64,000 nt of DNA from Cenarchaeum sp. (GTDB taxonomy: Archaea > Thermoproteota > Nitrososphaeria > Nitrososphaerales > Nitrosopumilaceae). Position 1 is the stretch's first letter, and every line of letters begins with the position of its first letter. The notes beneath the pieces were generated by a model. It had not been told where the DNA came from. It did no database searches and saw nothing but the letters and a program-made list of their open reading frames with translations. The stretch spans positions 1,792,001-1,856,000 of the forward strand of contig CBDESU010000001.1 in assembly GCA_965242695.1 (NCBI GenBank), read 5' to 3'. Position numbers and translations under genes: made by a program. Of this stretch, positions 10,804 to 19,900 are shown in pieces.

Positions 10804-11743
10804 CGACGCGCACAGGGCGCTGGCCGATTGCAGATTGTACAAGCTGACTACAGTGATGCTCATGGCGATCGGCTCCATGTTCAGAAGCCACTTCGGCGCA
10901 TCCGTCGGCATGGGCAGGGCAGTGAGGAGGATTTCCGCCGACGGCGCGGCCATGCCCGACCCCGTGACGCCGGACATGATGGCGCAGGGGCGCGGCCTGA
11001 ACGTAGTGGTAGAGATCAAGGCAAGCTTTCCCTCGGGCGCCCGTGCGCGCCAGAAGATCCTCGACCAGCTGAAAAAATACGACTGCAGGCTGGTCGGCTG
11101 GCCAGAAAAAGATGTGTTCGAGCACGACATCATGGCGGTGACCCGATCGGAGGATGCCTCAGAGATGTCGGTATATTTGCAAAAAAAGACCGGTATCGGG
11201 AAAGATATGTTTTCAAACCCGCTGTGCGTGATCGAGTTTGCCCAACCAGGAGGAGGCAAGAAGTCGTTTTTTGTCAGGACGGCATCAGGAAATCCCACAA
11301 ACAAAGAGCTGCGATCATATATGGAGAACGGCGCGGAGATCAACGTCGGCTCCGTCTCACTCGCATTCAGCACGCTCTGGTTCTACGACAGTGAGCCCAT
11401 GCCCCCGTATACAATGACCGTAATCTGGGAAAAAATATTCTCGGAGGTTTATAGAAGGAAGGCCAGCGGCCTGGCACATGGACGGGAAACCGTCCTGCTG
11501 CGTATGACAGTCGATGAGGTTATGGACAGGTTCCGTGCGCTCGCAGTCTCCACGCCAAGGGCCCCGCGCCGCAGGTGGATTGTCAAGGGAATGGACGGGC
11601 TGGTCAAGATCGGGATGGCGAGGAAGGACGAAGACGGGGCCTACATCGTCGTCTATCCCGCGATTGAAGGTGAAGACCTGCTGGAGGTTTTTGCCAGGAA
11701 GTGGGCCGTCGCGCAAAGCGGCGATCCCCGGGGGCATGCCTAG
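10787..11743 (+). CDS. Putative PD-(D/E)xK nuclease B with possible C-terminal winged helix
   Basis: TPDMM...VVVEIKAS...DQLKKY (PD..ExK plus QxxxY); overlaps gene A; visibly lower GC than flanks. Confidence 0.7.
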   Translation: MKRGSDDAHRALADCRLYKLTTVMLMAIGSMFRSHFGASVGMGRAVRRISADGAAMPDPVTPDMMAQGRGLNVVVEIKASFPSGARARQKILDQLKKYDCRLVGWPEKDVFEHDIMAVTRSEDASEMSVYLQKKTGIGKDMFSNPLCVIEFAQPGGGKKSFFVRTASGNPTNKELRSYMENGAEINVGSVSLAFSTLWFYDSEPMPPYTMTVIWEKIFSEVYRRKASGLAHGRETVLLRMTVDEVMDRFRALAVSTPRAPRRRWIVKGMDGLVKIGMARKDEDGAYIVVYPAIEGEDLLEVFARKWAVAQSGDPRGHA

Positions 11744-12232
11744 GCCGCGGAGAACCTGCCCGGCCAGGGCTGCCTGCGCCGAAGGAGCAGGATGCGCCGC
11801 ATGCGCACATCCAGGCCGCGGTGCAGGCCGCTGCGCCGGTACTCTCGCATGCAGGGCTCGGGCCCCTGCGGCGCCGGCCTCCAGGCAGCATGCCGTGAGG
11901 GCCGCATACCCTGCCGGCCGCCTAGCGCACCCTCGCCGCCTCGCCCTCGGGGCCTGCACATCCGCTGCCCGCGCGCGCGGCCGCGCCGGCCCTGCATCTC
12001 CGCTCTCCCCGCCCGGCGCAGATTCGCAGGCGCAGCCCCGTCCGGCCGCCGCCTGGCGGCGGCCCCCCGCATTCCGTATCGGACAAGCGAACGCGCGGCG
12101 GGCGCCATCATCCATGCGATCCGCGGCCATGTGGCCCCCGCACTTCAGGGGCGCCCGCCGGCACCTGGGGCGATCTTTGCCGTCCGCATGCACCCGGCGC
12201 AGCGGCCCGCAGTCCGTCCGGCCGCCTGCCCG

Positions 12233-12341
12233 ACCCCATCATGTACATGATCAGCGGCCTCCTGCCACAGCAATATGTGGCGGACTCGAACAAGCCGGGC
12301 GGCACCCCGTCATGTACATGATCAGCGGCCTCCTGCCACAG
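12233..12341. repeat. Two 38-bp direct repeats (1 mismatch) with 33-bp unique spacer and palindromic core
   Basis: ACCCC(A/G)TCATGTACATGATCAGCGGCCTCCTGCCACAG at 12233 and 12304; TCATGTACATGA is a perfect palindrome. Confidence 0.85.
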
Positions 12342-12500
12342 AGCGAAGCCATGGCAGCCGCGGCTGGGCGGAGACTGCAGGAGAATGCGTGGCCCTGTCC
12401 GCTTGGGGCCAGACTACCCCCCCCCCCCCTGAACCGGCGCGAAGCGGGCGCGGCGACACGCCACGCAACGGCATAAATGCGACGGGCATTCCCCGCAACC

Positions 12501-13679
12501 ATGGCGGGGCAGGCGGCAAAACTCGTGGCCAGGCAGAGCGGGCGGCGCGGCGCGGCGTACTGGTTGTACGAGCACGTGTACGAAGGGGGGATCGCGGAGC
12601 TCTTGGAGAAGCTCGACGCGATGCTGCGCGAGGACCGGCGGCTGCAGGTCACTGCGATGATCCTCATCTGCAAGGAGGATATGCTCGGCAGCCTGGACGG
12701 GGGGCGGTCAGGATCCCCGCTCTCCGCAGAGGTGGTGCGGCTGGACAGGGATACAGGCATGGCAAGCGTCTCGGTCAGCGGCGAGGGATCCGGCGGACCT
12801 GGGATGGTGCGGATTGCAAAGATGCAGGATCCGTTCGTGTACCTTGCAGTCACCGACGGGAGCGCCGCGTTCGTGGACCGCGCGCTCGTGCCGTTCGTCC
12901 AGTCGCTCTATCCCGGCGTGTCCGAGGCGGCCCTGAGCTCGGCCGAGATGCGCGGGGCGCTCGACATCCTCGAGCGCAGGTCGGGCGGTACGGTCAGGAT
13001 CGCCGGCGTGGAGGCATGCCCGGAACAGGACGGGGCGGGCGGCGGCCGCGGCGGGCCCGATGCGGGGGAGGTATGGGACGGAGCGCATGGATCGTCCGCG
13101 GCATGCGCGGATGCCCCGTACCGCGACGCCCTTGACGAGGCCGCCGAGGGCGGCCGGCGGATAGGCAGGGTGCAGATGCGCCTGGTTCGGGACGGCGTCC
13201 CCTCGATGGAGTGCCAGATCTCGAGGCGCTGCCTGCTCCGGTTCCGTCTGTCGATGCAGCCGTTCTGCACGAGCGCGCTGCCGTACATGGCGGGCCTGGC
13301 AAGCGGCAAGACCAGGCTCTACTCGGGGCGCTCCAGGATGGAGAACGGCGGCCGCATCAGGGCCCTTGTGATCATACTAGACCGCGATGCGTTCGGGGAC
13401 GGGCGTGAAAACGAAAGGCTTGTGCGCACCATCCGCGCCATGCCGCGTACGATGGGCAGTACATACCACCTGTTCCCGTTTGTGCACAGGTCACTGGTCG
13501 ACTACATAGACGGCTCGACGTTCGATGTCTGGGCCACGTCCACAAACAGGATAACCATCGTGCCGCAGCTTAGGGCCACGCATGCCGCCGTTGCGCGCCT
13601 GGTAAACCACATATTCGAGCGGTTCGCGGAGGGGCGCGTAGAGGAGTATCAAGAGGCGCAGCAGTGGCGGAGCGCGTAG
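12501..13679 (+). CDS. Uncharacterised protein A', copy 2 (paralog of 9637..10803)
   Basis: Near-identical N-terminal two thirds, diverged C-terminus, conserved upstream AACGGCATAAAT box. Confidence 0.85.
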   Translation: MAGQAAKLVARQSGRRGAAYWLYEHVYEGGIAELLEKLDAMLREDRRLQVTAMILICKEDMLGSLDGGRSGSPLSAEVVRLDRDTGMASVSVSGEGSGGPGMVRIAKMQDPFVYLAVTDGSAAFVDRALVPFVQSLYPGVSEAALSSAEMRGALDILERRSGGTVRIAGVEACPEQDGAGGGRGGPDAGEVWDGAHGSSAACADAPYRDALDEAAEGGRRIGRVQMRLVRDGVPSMECQISRRCLLRFRLSMQPFCTSALPYMAGLASGKTRLYSGRSRMENGGRIRALVIILDRDAFGDGRENERLVRTIRAMPRTMGSTYHLFPFVHRSLVDYIDGSTFDVWATSTNRITIVPQLRATHAAVARLVNHIFERFAEGRVEEYQEAQQWRSA

Positions 13680-13713
13680 GTTCCTGGCCAAGTCCAAATC
13701 GTACAAGCTGACT
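13651..13713 (+). pseudogene. Remnant of the 5' end of nuclease gene B
   Basis: RFLAKSKSYKLT aligns with B's RALADCRLYKLT; ATG replaced by AAG; similarity ends after TACAAGCTGACT. Confidence 0.55.
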
Positions 13714-13958
13714 CGGCAAAGTGCAGGCATCTGCACAGGATGCCACAGGGGGCCTCTTGACGCCAAGGCCCCCAGTTCGCCTGGCCCTAGACACGGCACA
13801 CTTCGCTCTGCAGGGCCCACATGGCAAATCAGATCATGCAATGACGCATGCGCTGCCAGATATCGGACAGGCTGTGCAGAAAAGTACGGCGCCGGCGGCT
13901 GCACGGAGTAGCGGCGCGACAGGGGGTTCCCCAGAGCCCCGCCTCGGCCCTCCTCCGG

Positions 13959-14462
13959 CTACCCGCCCGTCAGCCTTGCAAACTTTTCGTTCCTGCTCAG
14001 CTTTTCCATGAACTCTATGTTGGACAGGGCCACCACTGCCGACTCGACGACCGGCGCATCGGGGTCGGACAGGGCCTTTTCCAGGGCCTCGCGGGCCCTC
14101 CCGCTGCCGACGACCCCGAGCGCGATCGCCGCCTCGTGGCGGACGAACATGCTCGGATCGCCGAGCGTGGCCCGCTCCAGGTGCGGCACGCATGCAGAGT
14201 ACCCCATCTGGCCGAGCGAAAAGGCCGCCTCGTGGCGGACCAGCTCGTTCGGGTCGTCCCTGAGCACCCCCGCAATATGCTCGATCTTGTCCTCGCCGCC
14301 AAGGTCGACCAGGATGCATGTGGCCCTCGTGCGCACGACATAGTCGCCGTGCGAGAGCAGGCCGACAAAGTACCCCTCGTTCCTTTTTTCGTACTCGGAC
14401 TCCATCTCGGAGAAGAGCTGCAGGCGCTCGTCGGTTACGGCTTCCCTCACTGTGGTGGCCAC
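13959..14462 (-). CDS. HEAT-repeat (PBS lyase / DOHH-like) protein
   Basis: VRHEAAFSLGQMG and VRHEAAIALGVVG HEAT repeats with His-Glu motifs. Confidence 0.88.
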   Translation of the reverse strand: MATTVREAVTDERLQLFSEMESEYEKRNEGYFVGLLSHGDYVVRTRATCILVDLGGEDKIEHIAGVLRDDPNELVRHEAAFSLGQMGYSACVPHLERATLGDPSMFVRHEAAIALGVVGSGRAREALEKALSDPDAPVVESAVVALSNIEFMEKLSRNEKFARLTGG

Positions 14463-14561
14463 GGCCGGCTCCGCCGGCCGTGCAATATTACTCTACCATG
14501 CGCCGCCTCTTGGCAGCCGGCCGGAGCCACGCTTGAATAGCGGCGCACATGCGCGGGCCGC

Positions 14562-15275
14562 ATGGCCCCGCATCCGCACCCCCCGAGCCGGGCAGGGCGG
14601 CAGCGGCAGCGCCCGGCCGCCGCCGGCCGCCGCCGGCCGCCCATCCTCGCCATCATGGAGACGAGCGCCGTGGTGGGCGTGCTCTCGGCGCGGTATGCCG
14701 GCCGCCCGGCGCCGCGCTGGTTCGAGGACGGCATGCGCGGGGGCCGCATCGCCGTTCCCCGCACCGTAGAGGTCGAGCTCAAGAGGCTGCGCAAGTCGAA
14801 CCGGCGCGGCGCCGGGCGCAGGGCCGACCTGTCGTGGCTTGCGCGGCTCAGGGGGAGCGACCTAGAGTGGGTGTACGGCCTGTACCGCAGCCCGCCAATC
14901 GACGCCGGCGTGCAGTCCCGCATAGCCGCCATGCACGGGGCGGCCGTGCGCGACCCCGGCGGACAGGCCGCCGCCGCATGGCTGCGCTCAAAGCGCACGT
15001 TCGTCCGCGGAAGGCTCGGCCTGGACCCCTCGTCCCTGTCTGGCCACAGGGCCGGCAGGGCCCTTTCGCTCCTGTCCAGGGCCGCCGGCAACGACCGCGA
15101 CATAATGGCCCAAGCCGTCGCGATCGCCTCGGCAGCCGCCTCCAGGGCGCCGCCCGGCGCCGCATCCGGCCCGCCCGTCCTGGTCTCGAGGGACGGCGAC
15201 TTTACGGCCTTTGCCGGCCCCCTTGAGGATATCGCCGGCGGCTCCATGCGGGTCGTCCACTACGCAAGAATGTGA
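14562..15275 (+). CDS. Divergent PIN-domain-like protein
   Basis: AIMETSAVV / VPRTVEVEL / NDRDIMAQA / LVSRDGDF match the order of PIN acidic motifs; start uncertain. Confidence 0.6.
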   Translation: MAPHPHPPSRAGRQRQRPAAAGRRRPPILAIMETSAVVGVLSARYAGRPAPRWFEDGMRGGRIAVPRTVEVELKRLRKSNRRGAGRRADLSWLARLRGSDLEWVYGLYRSPPIDAGVQSRIAAMHGAAVRDPGGQAAAAWLRSKRTFVRGRLGLDPSSLSGHRAGRALSLLSRAAGNDRDIMAQAVAIASAAASRAPPGAASGPPVLVSRDGDFTAFAGPLEDIAGGSMRVVHYARM

Positions 15276-15314
15276 CGGCCGGGCGCCTGTCTTTTTATAC
15301 GGCCGGCCGGGCGC

Positions 15315-15992
15315 ATGGCCGTGCCCGCCCCCGAGATCGGCAAGCCCGCCCCGAACCTGAGCGTCTCGCGCTGGGTGCAGGGGCTGCCGACCAACCTGGA
15401 CCAGGAAAGGGACCGCATCGTCGTCGTCGAGGTCTTCCAGGTAAACTGCCCGGGCTGCTTCATGTACGCCATGCCAGAGGCCATCGACGTGTACAAGAGG
15501 CATGCCGAGGATGACGGCGTCAGGGTCCTCGGCGTGGCCACCGCGTTCGAGGACTTTGACAAGAACACCCTTGCCAACCTAGAGATGCTCGCCGAGACGG
15601 GCGAGGTCGTCGGCGACACGCTGGAGTCGCTCGGCAGGTACGGGCGCCTCAGGGACGGCAACCGCCTGCCCTACAAGATACCGTTCCCGCTCGCAATGGA
15701 CGAGCTCGTCCCGGCGGACGGCGAGCCTAGCATGGACGCCATACGCGCCATAATCGACCCGCAGGTGCCGGACTTTGACTCGATGCCCGGCGAGCACCGC
15801 GCGGATATCGTCGAGAGGGTCCGCGGCCACCTCCTCTCGAAGGAGTACTCGGCGCGCACGTTCGAGAGGTACGCCCTGCGTGGCACGCCGTCGACGATCA
15901 TAGTCGACCGCAGGGGCGTGCTGCGCAGCGTCACGTTCGGCAGCACGGGCGGGTCGATCGAGAGCATGGTAAGGGCGCTGCTCGACGAGTAG
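15315..15992 (+). CDS. Thioredoxin-fold redoxin (TlpA / AhpC-TSA-like)
   Basis: GKPAPNL, EVFQVNCPGC, GTPSTIIVDRRG; TTTTTATA upstream. Confidence 0.88.
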   Translation: MAVPAPEIGKPAPNLSVSRWVQGLPTNLDQERDRIVVVEVFQVNCPGCFMYAMPEAIDVYKRHAEDDGVRVLGVATAFEDFDKNTLANLEMLAETGEVVGDTLESLGRYGRLRDGNRLPYKIPFPLAMDELVPADGEPSMDAIRAIIDPQVPDFDSMPGEHRADIVERVRGHLLSKEYSARTFERYALRGTPSTIIVDRRGVLRSVTFGSTGGSIESMVRALLDE

Positions 15993-16004
15993 CCTCCGCG
16001 GCCC

Positions 16005-16568
16005 CTAGCCGGGCGCCCGGCGGATTCCGGATCCCGGGAGCCCGGGCCGCCGCGCCGCGAGCGCGGCCGCCGCTACCGAGGCGGCGAGCACCGCGGCCGA
16101 GGCGGCGAACTCGGGCAGGTACGTCGTGCCCACGATGTCGAGCGTGTGGTCGCCGCCGCCGGAAAACTCGATTGTGGCGAACGCGATGCCGCTGCCGTTG
16201 CGCACGCGCGCCTGTATGGGCTCGCCGTCCAGGTGGAACGTCAGGTTTCCCCCTATGAGGTCCGACGGAATTGTAATCTCGGCGAGGTTCTCCGAGACGG
16301 CCCCCTCGATGTGCAGCGTGAGCCTCTTTTCCTCGGCGCTGAACTCGTGGCCAGTTACCGCAAACGTCGACGTCGCGACCACCTCGAACTCGTACCCGCC
16401 CGTGTGCACCGCAACGACCTGCCGCAGGCCCGGGTCGTCAAGCGCGTGCACCGCTGCCGGCGCATGGGCGGCCAGAGCCGCGGCGGCCGCGGCCAGCAGC
16501 GCGGGCAGGAAAATTCGCCGCACGCTGCGGTTCCCTGCCAGGCGGCATCCCGCGCCCGCGCCGGACAT
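16005..16568 (-). CDS. Small surface protein with PEF(G)-CTERM sorting signal
   Basis: Signal peptide-like N-terminus; C-terminal LDIVGTTYLPEF plus hydrophobic helix and RR; immediately downstream of rpl15e. Confidence 0.78.
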   Translation of the reverse strand: MSGAGAGCRLAGNRSVRRIFLPALLAAAAAALAAHAPAAVHALDDPGLRQVVAVHTGGYEFEVVATSTFAVTGHEFSAEEKRLTLHIEGAVSENLAEITIPSDLIGGNLTFHLDGEPIQARVRNGSGIAFATIEFSGGGDHTLDIVGTTYLPEFAASAAVLAASVAAAALAARRPGLPGSGIRRAPG

Positions 16569-16573
16569 GTCGC

Positions 16574-17032
16574 TCAGGCCGAGCGCGTGACGACGCGCCT
16601 GCGCATCTCGGGATCCTTTGCGACGCGCGGGTGCTCGGGGTCGGCCATGATCACCTCGAACCAGTAGTGCGCCCCGTCCTTGTAGATGTAGTACGATCCG
16701 AGCAGCCTCATGTTCGGGTGCCGCTCCATGGCGCGCCGCTCGGCGACCTGCCTCATGCTCACGTCGGCCTTTATCCGCGTGACGCCGAGGTGCTTTGGCC
16801 TGCGGCCGCCGCGCGGCCGCTTTCGCCTCATGCCGCCCGTGCCGACCCGCATGCGCACGACGATCACTCCCTGCTTTGCCTTGTACCCGAGCCGATGGGC
16901 CCTCTGCGGGCGGGTCGGCCTGTCTAGCCGCACGAGGGCGGGCTGCCGGCGCCACTCGACTACACGGTCGCGCAGGTGCTGCGGGTTGTCCCGCCACAGG
17001 CCTGCCCATATGCGATCCTGCCGCGCCGCCAT
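16574..17032 (-). CDS. rpl15e: 50S ribosomal protein L15e
   Basis: RPTRPQRAHRLGYKAKQG, GRRPKHLG, VAERRA, WFEVIMADP. Confidence 0.96.
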   Translation of the reverse strand: MAARQDRIWAGLWRDNPQHLRDRVVEWRRQPALVRLDRPTRPQRAHRLGYKAKQGVIVVRMRVGTGGMRRKRPRGGRRPKHLGVTRIKADVSMRQVAERRAMERHPNMRLLGSYYIYKDGAHYWFEVIMADPEHPRVAKDPEMRRRVVTRSA

Positions 17033-17324
17033 GGACGGCCGGCCCGCCGGCCCTTAATATCTAAAACGAAGGGGGGCGTTCCGGGCCGCCGGCGCCGCCG
17101 GGTGCGGCGCGGCGCGGGAGGGCGTCCTGCAGCGCCGGGGCTAGGCCGCGCCCGCGGCGGCCCTGACGCCCGGGCGCGCCGCACGCGGCCGGCGGGCGGC
17201 GCCAATATGCCTGAACGTAGGCGTGCCGTCCTTAACCAAAGTACCCTTTATTTATATAGGGCATTTTGGCGCCCCCGCCCGTTGGCCCGCAAAAGGGGGA
17301 TGGCTCGACCGCGTCTCGCTGCGG

Positions 17325-19295
17325 ATGCTCGGCAGCCAGTGGGCCTTTGTGTTCAGCCTGTTCTACGACCTTGAAGAGGCCGGCGCCCGCCTGGACCCGC
17401 TCATCCGAAGGTACCTCCCGATCGCCATCGCAACGTGCCTAGAGCTGTTCTACCGCCAGGTCGGGCAGCGCCTGTTCGATGCGCGCGCCCACATGCACAC
17501 CCCCGTCAACATCAGCATCACGCTCGCCGGCATGGACGAGTTCCGGCGCGTCTTGGGCCTCTTCAAGCATGCTGACCTGTTCTGGCACAACCGCAGGGTC
17601 CAGGGCGTCGACGACATAAAGTCGATCCAGGCCGAGCTCGGCATGGACAGCGTGTTCAAGGGCGACCCAAAGCTGCTCGACGTGTCGCACCAGATGTACG
17701 GCGTGCGCAACGACAACGCGCACGGGGCCGGCGCCAGGTGGTACGACGTGCGCCTGTTCCTGTGGGCGCTGCGCATGCACTTTGAAAAGGTCTTGGCGCA
17801 GCTGCCTCCCCTGCTCGCCGTCTTTTGGCTGATCGGAGCAGGCAGGGCCGACCGGCGCGGCGATCGTGATGCCGCCGTCGGGCTCTACCGCAGGGCGGCC
17901 GAGGAGGCAGACGCCGCGGCCGCGGCCGGCGCCGACCCGTCGGCGTGCCACGTGATCGCCGGCAAGGCGGCAGAGTGGTCGGGCGATCCGGAAGAGGCCG
18001 AATCGCGGTACGGGAAGGCGATTGCGGCAAATTCCGGCAACGCAAACGCGCACGCCGCCATGGGGTGCATGCTAGCGCAGTCCGGCCGCGCGGACGGCGC
18101 GCTCGCCGAGTACGACAGGGCCGTCGAGATCGAGCCCGGCTACGCTAGTGCGCACATGGGCAGGGGTCACGTCCTTGCGCGCCTTGGCCGGGCGGCCGAG
18201 GCGCTTGAAAGCTACCAGAAGGCGGCCGAGGCCGACCCTCTGGATGCAGAGGCGCATATCGCGGCAGGTGCCGTTCACGAGTCGCAGGGGCGGGCGGCGG
18301 AGGCGCTTGAAAGCTACCGGCGGGAGGCGGAGGCGGACCCGGCCGAACCAGAGGCGCACATTGCGGCCGGCCGAGTGCACGAGTCGCAGGGGCGGGCGGC
18401 GGAGGCGCTTGAAAGCTACCGGCGGGCGGCGGAGGCGTATCCAAAGGATGCCGAGGCGCACATTGCGGCAGGGGCCGTTTACGAGTCGCAGGGGCGAGTC
18501 GCCGAGGCGCTCGAGTTCTACCGGAAGGCGGCGGAGGCGTATCCAAAGGATGCCGAGGCGCACATTGCGGCAGGGGCCGTTTACGAGTCGCAGGGGCGAG
18601 TCGCCGAGGCGCTCGAGTTCTACCGGAAGGCGGCGGAGGCGTATCCAAAGGATGCCGAGGCGCACATTGCGGCAGGGGCCGTTTACGAGTCGCAGGGGCG
18701 AGTTGCCGAGGCGCACATTGCGGCAGGGGCCGTTTACGAGTCGCAGGGGCGAGTTGCCGAGGCGCTCGAGTTCTACCGGAAGGCGGCGGAGGCGGATCCA
18801 AAGGATGCCGAGGCGCACATTGCGGCAGGGGCCGTTTACGAGTCGCAGGGGCGAGTTGCCGAGGCGCTCGAGTGCTACCGGAAGGCGACGGAGGCGGATC
18901 CAAAGGATGCCGAGGCGCACATTGCGGCAGGGGCCGTTTACGAGTCGCAGGGGCGAGTTGCCGAGGCGCTCGAGTGCTACCGGAAGGCGACGGAGGCGGA
19001 TCCAAAGGATGCCGAGGCGCACATTGCGGCAGGGGCCGTTTACGAGTCGCAGGGGCGAGTTGCCGAGGCGCTCGAGTGCTACCGGAAGGCGGCGGATGCT
19101 CTCGACAAGAGGCAGGGCGGCGCGGCTGAACCCACGCAAGGCCGAAGAGCCGCGTTTGATCCGGCCGGCGCAAGGGATGCGGCCGGCCTCGCACTGGACC
19201 GGCTGCGCAAAAGGCAGGGCCGGCTCCGCGATGCGGGCGACATGGCAAGGCATATTAGGCACACGCGGAGGGGCCGTAACGATGGAAGGAAATGA
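17325..19295 (+). CDS. HEPN-like RNase domain fused to a long TPR array
   Basis: IAIATCLE helix, RNDNAH (RxxxxH) motif, then more than ten 34-aa TPRs; TTTATATA at ~17252; start uncertain. Confidence 0.82.
   Translation: MLGSQWAFVFSLFYDLEEAGARLDPLIRRYLPIAIATCLELFYRQVGQRLFDARAHMHTPVNISITLAGMDEFRRVLGLFKHADLFWHNRRVQGVDDIKSIQAELGMDSVFKGDPKLLDVSHQMYGVRNDNAHGAGARWYDVRLFLWALRMHFEKVLAQLPPLLAVFWLIGAGRADRRGDRDAAVGLYRRAAEEADAAAAAGADPSACHVIAGKAAEWSGDPEEAESRYGKAIAANSGNANAHAAMGCMLAQSGRADGALAEYDRAVEIEPGYASAHMGRGHVLARLGRAAEALESYQKAAEADPLDAEAHIAAGAVHESQGRAAEALESYRREAEADPAEPEAHIAAGRVHESQGRAAEALESYRRAAEAYPKDAEAHIAAGAVYESQGRVAEALEFYRKAAEAYPKDAEAHIAAGAVYESQGRVAEALEFYRKAAEAYPKDAEAHIAAGAVYESQGRVAEAHIAAGAVYESQGRVAEALEFYRKAAEADPKDAEAHIAAGAVYESQGRVAEALECYRKATEADPKDAEAHIAAGAVYESQGRVAEALECYRKATEADPKDAEAHIAAGAVYESQGRVAEALECYRKAADALDKRQGGAAEPTQGRRAAFDPAGARDAAGLALDRLRKRQGRLRDAGDMARHIRHTRRGRNDGRK
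18190..19100 (+). repeat. 102-bp near-identical tandem units encoding TPRs, with one 51-bp half unit
   Basis: Repeated DPKDAEAHIAAGAVYESQGRVAEALE(F/C)YRKAAEA. Confidence 0.92.
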
Positions 19296-19479
19296 CGACG
19301 CGGCACAGATGGCGCCGATGACCGCAGAGGAAAAGGCCGAGTTCGACAAGGAGCGGGAGGATCAGCACCGCCGACTCCGCGAGCGGTTCAAGAGGAGGCT
19401 TGACGAAAGCATCAAGCAGAGGATCGACCAGAGGATCGACCAGAGGATCAACGACCGCATATACTCCGTCTGGGACTAG
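19282..19479 (+). CDS. Small charged helical protein (65 aa) coupled to HEPN-TPR
   Basis: ATG overlaps the end of the upstream gene; MEGNDDAAQMAPMTAEEKAEFDKERE...; internal 12-bp repeat (QRID x3). Confidence 0.65.
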   Translation: MEGNDDAAQMAPMTAEEKAEFDKEREDQHRRLRERFKRRLDESIKQRIDQRIDQRINDRIYSVWD

Positions 19480-19540
19480 ACGCCGAGGGGCGGCTCTCCC
19501 CCTGTCGTCCGCAGCAGGTGCGCAGGGGGCGGGCGGTCGG

Positions 19541-19551
19541 TTTTTTTTTTT
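19541..19551 (+). terminator. Oligo-T archaeal terminator
   Basis: T11 tract about 60 bp after the stop of the two-gene unit. Confidence 0.55.
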
Positions 19552-19669
19552 GCGGGCGGCCCCGCACCGGACGTGCCCAGCGGCCAACAGGCTGCCGCCG
19601 CCAGGCAACCAATTGCAGATCGGCCGCGCATTTCCGAGGATGCTCGGCGGCGGGGCGCGATCTGCATGC

Positions 19670-19900
19670 GGTGCGGCGGCCGAGGACCCGTCGCACAGCA
19701 AGGCGCATATTGCCGCAGGCAGGGTGCACGAGGCGCAGGGGCGGGCGGCGGAGGCGCTTGAAAGCTACCGGAAGGCGGCCGAGGCGGATCCGTCGTACGG
19801 CAAGGCGTACATTGCCGCCGGGGCCGTGCACGAGTCGCAGGGTCGGGCGGCGGAGGCGCTCAGCAGGGGGCAGGGCTGCGCGGCCGAATCCGTGCAGAGC
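19670..19900 (+). pseudogene. Detached TPR fragment related to the 3' part of the HEPN-TPR gene
   Basis: KAHIAAGRVHEAQGRAAEALESYRKAAEADPSYGKAYIAAGAVHESQGRAAEAL followed by a tail like 19101-19140. Confidence 0.7.

Noticed and set aside
9600-13713. Diversity-generating retroelement or transposon as cause of the A/A' duplication
   Set aside because: No reverse transcriptase, transposase, integrase or terminal repeats are seen, and the differences do not appear adenine-restricted
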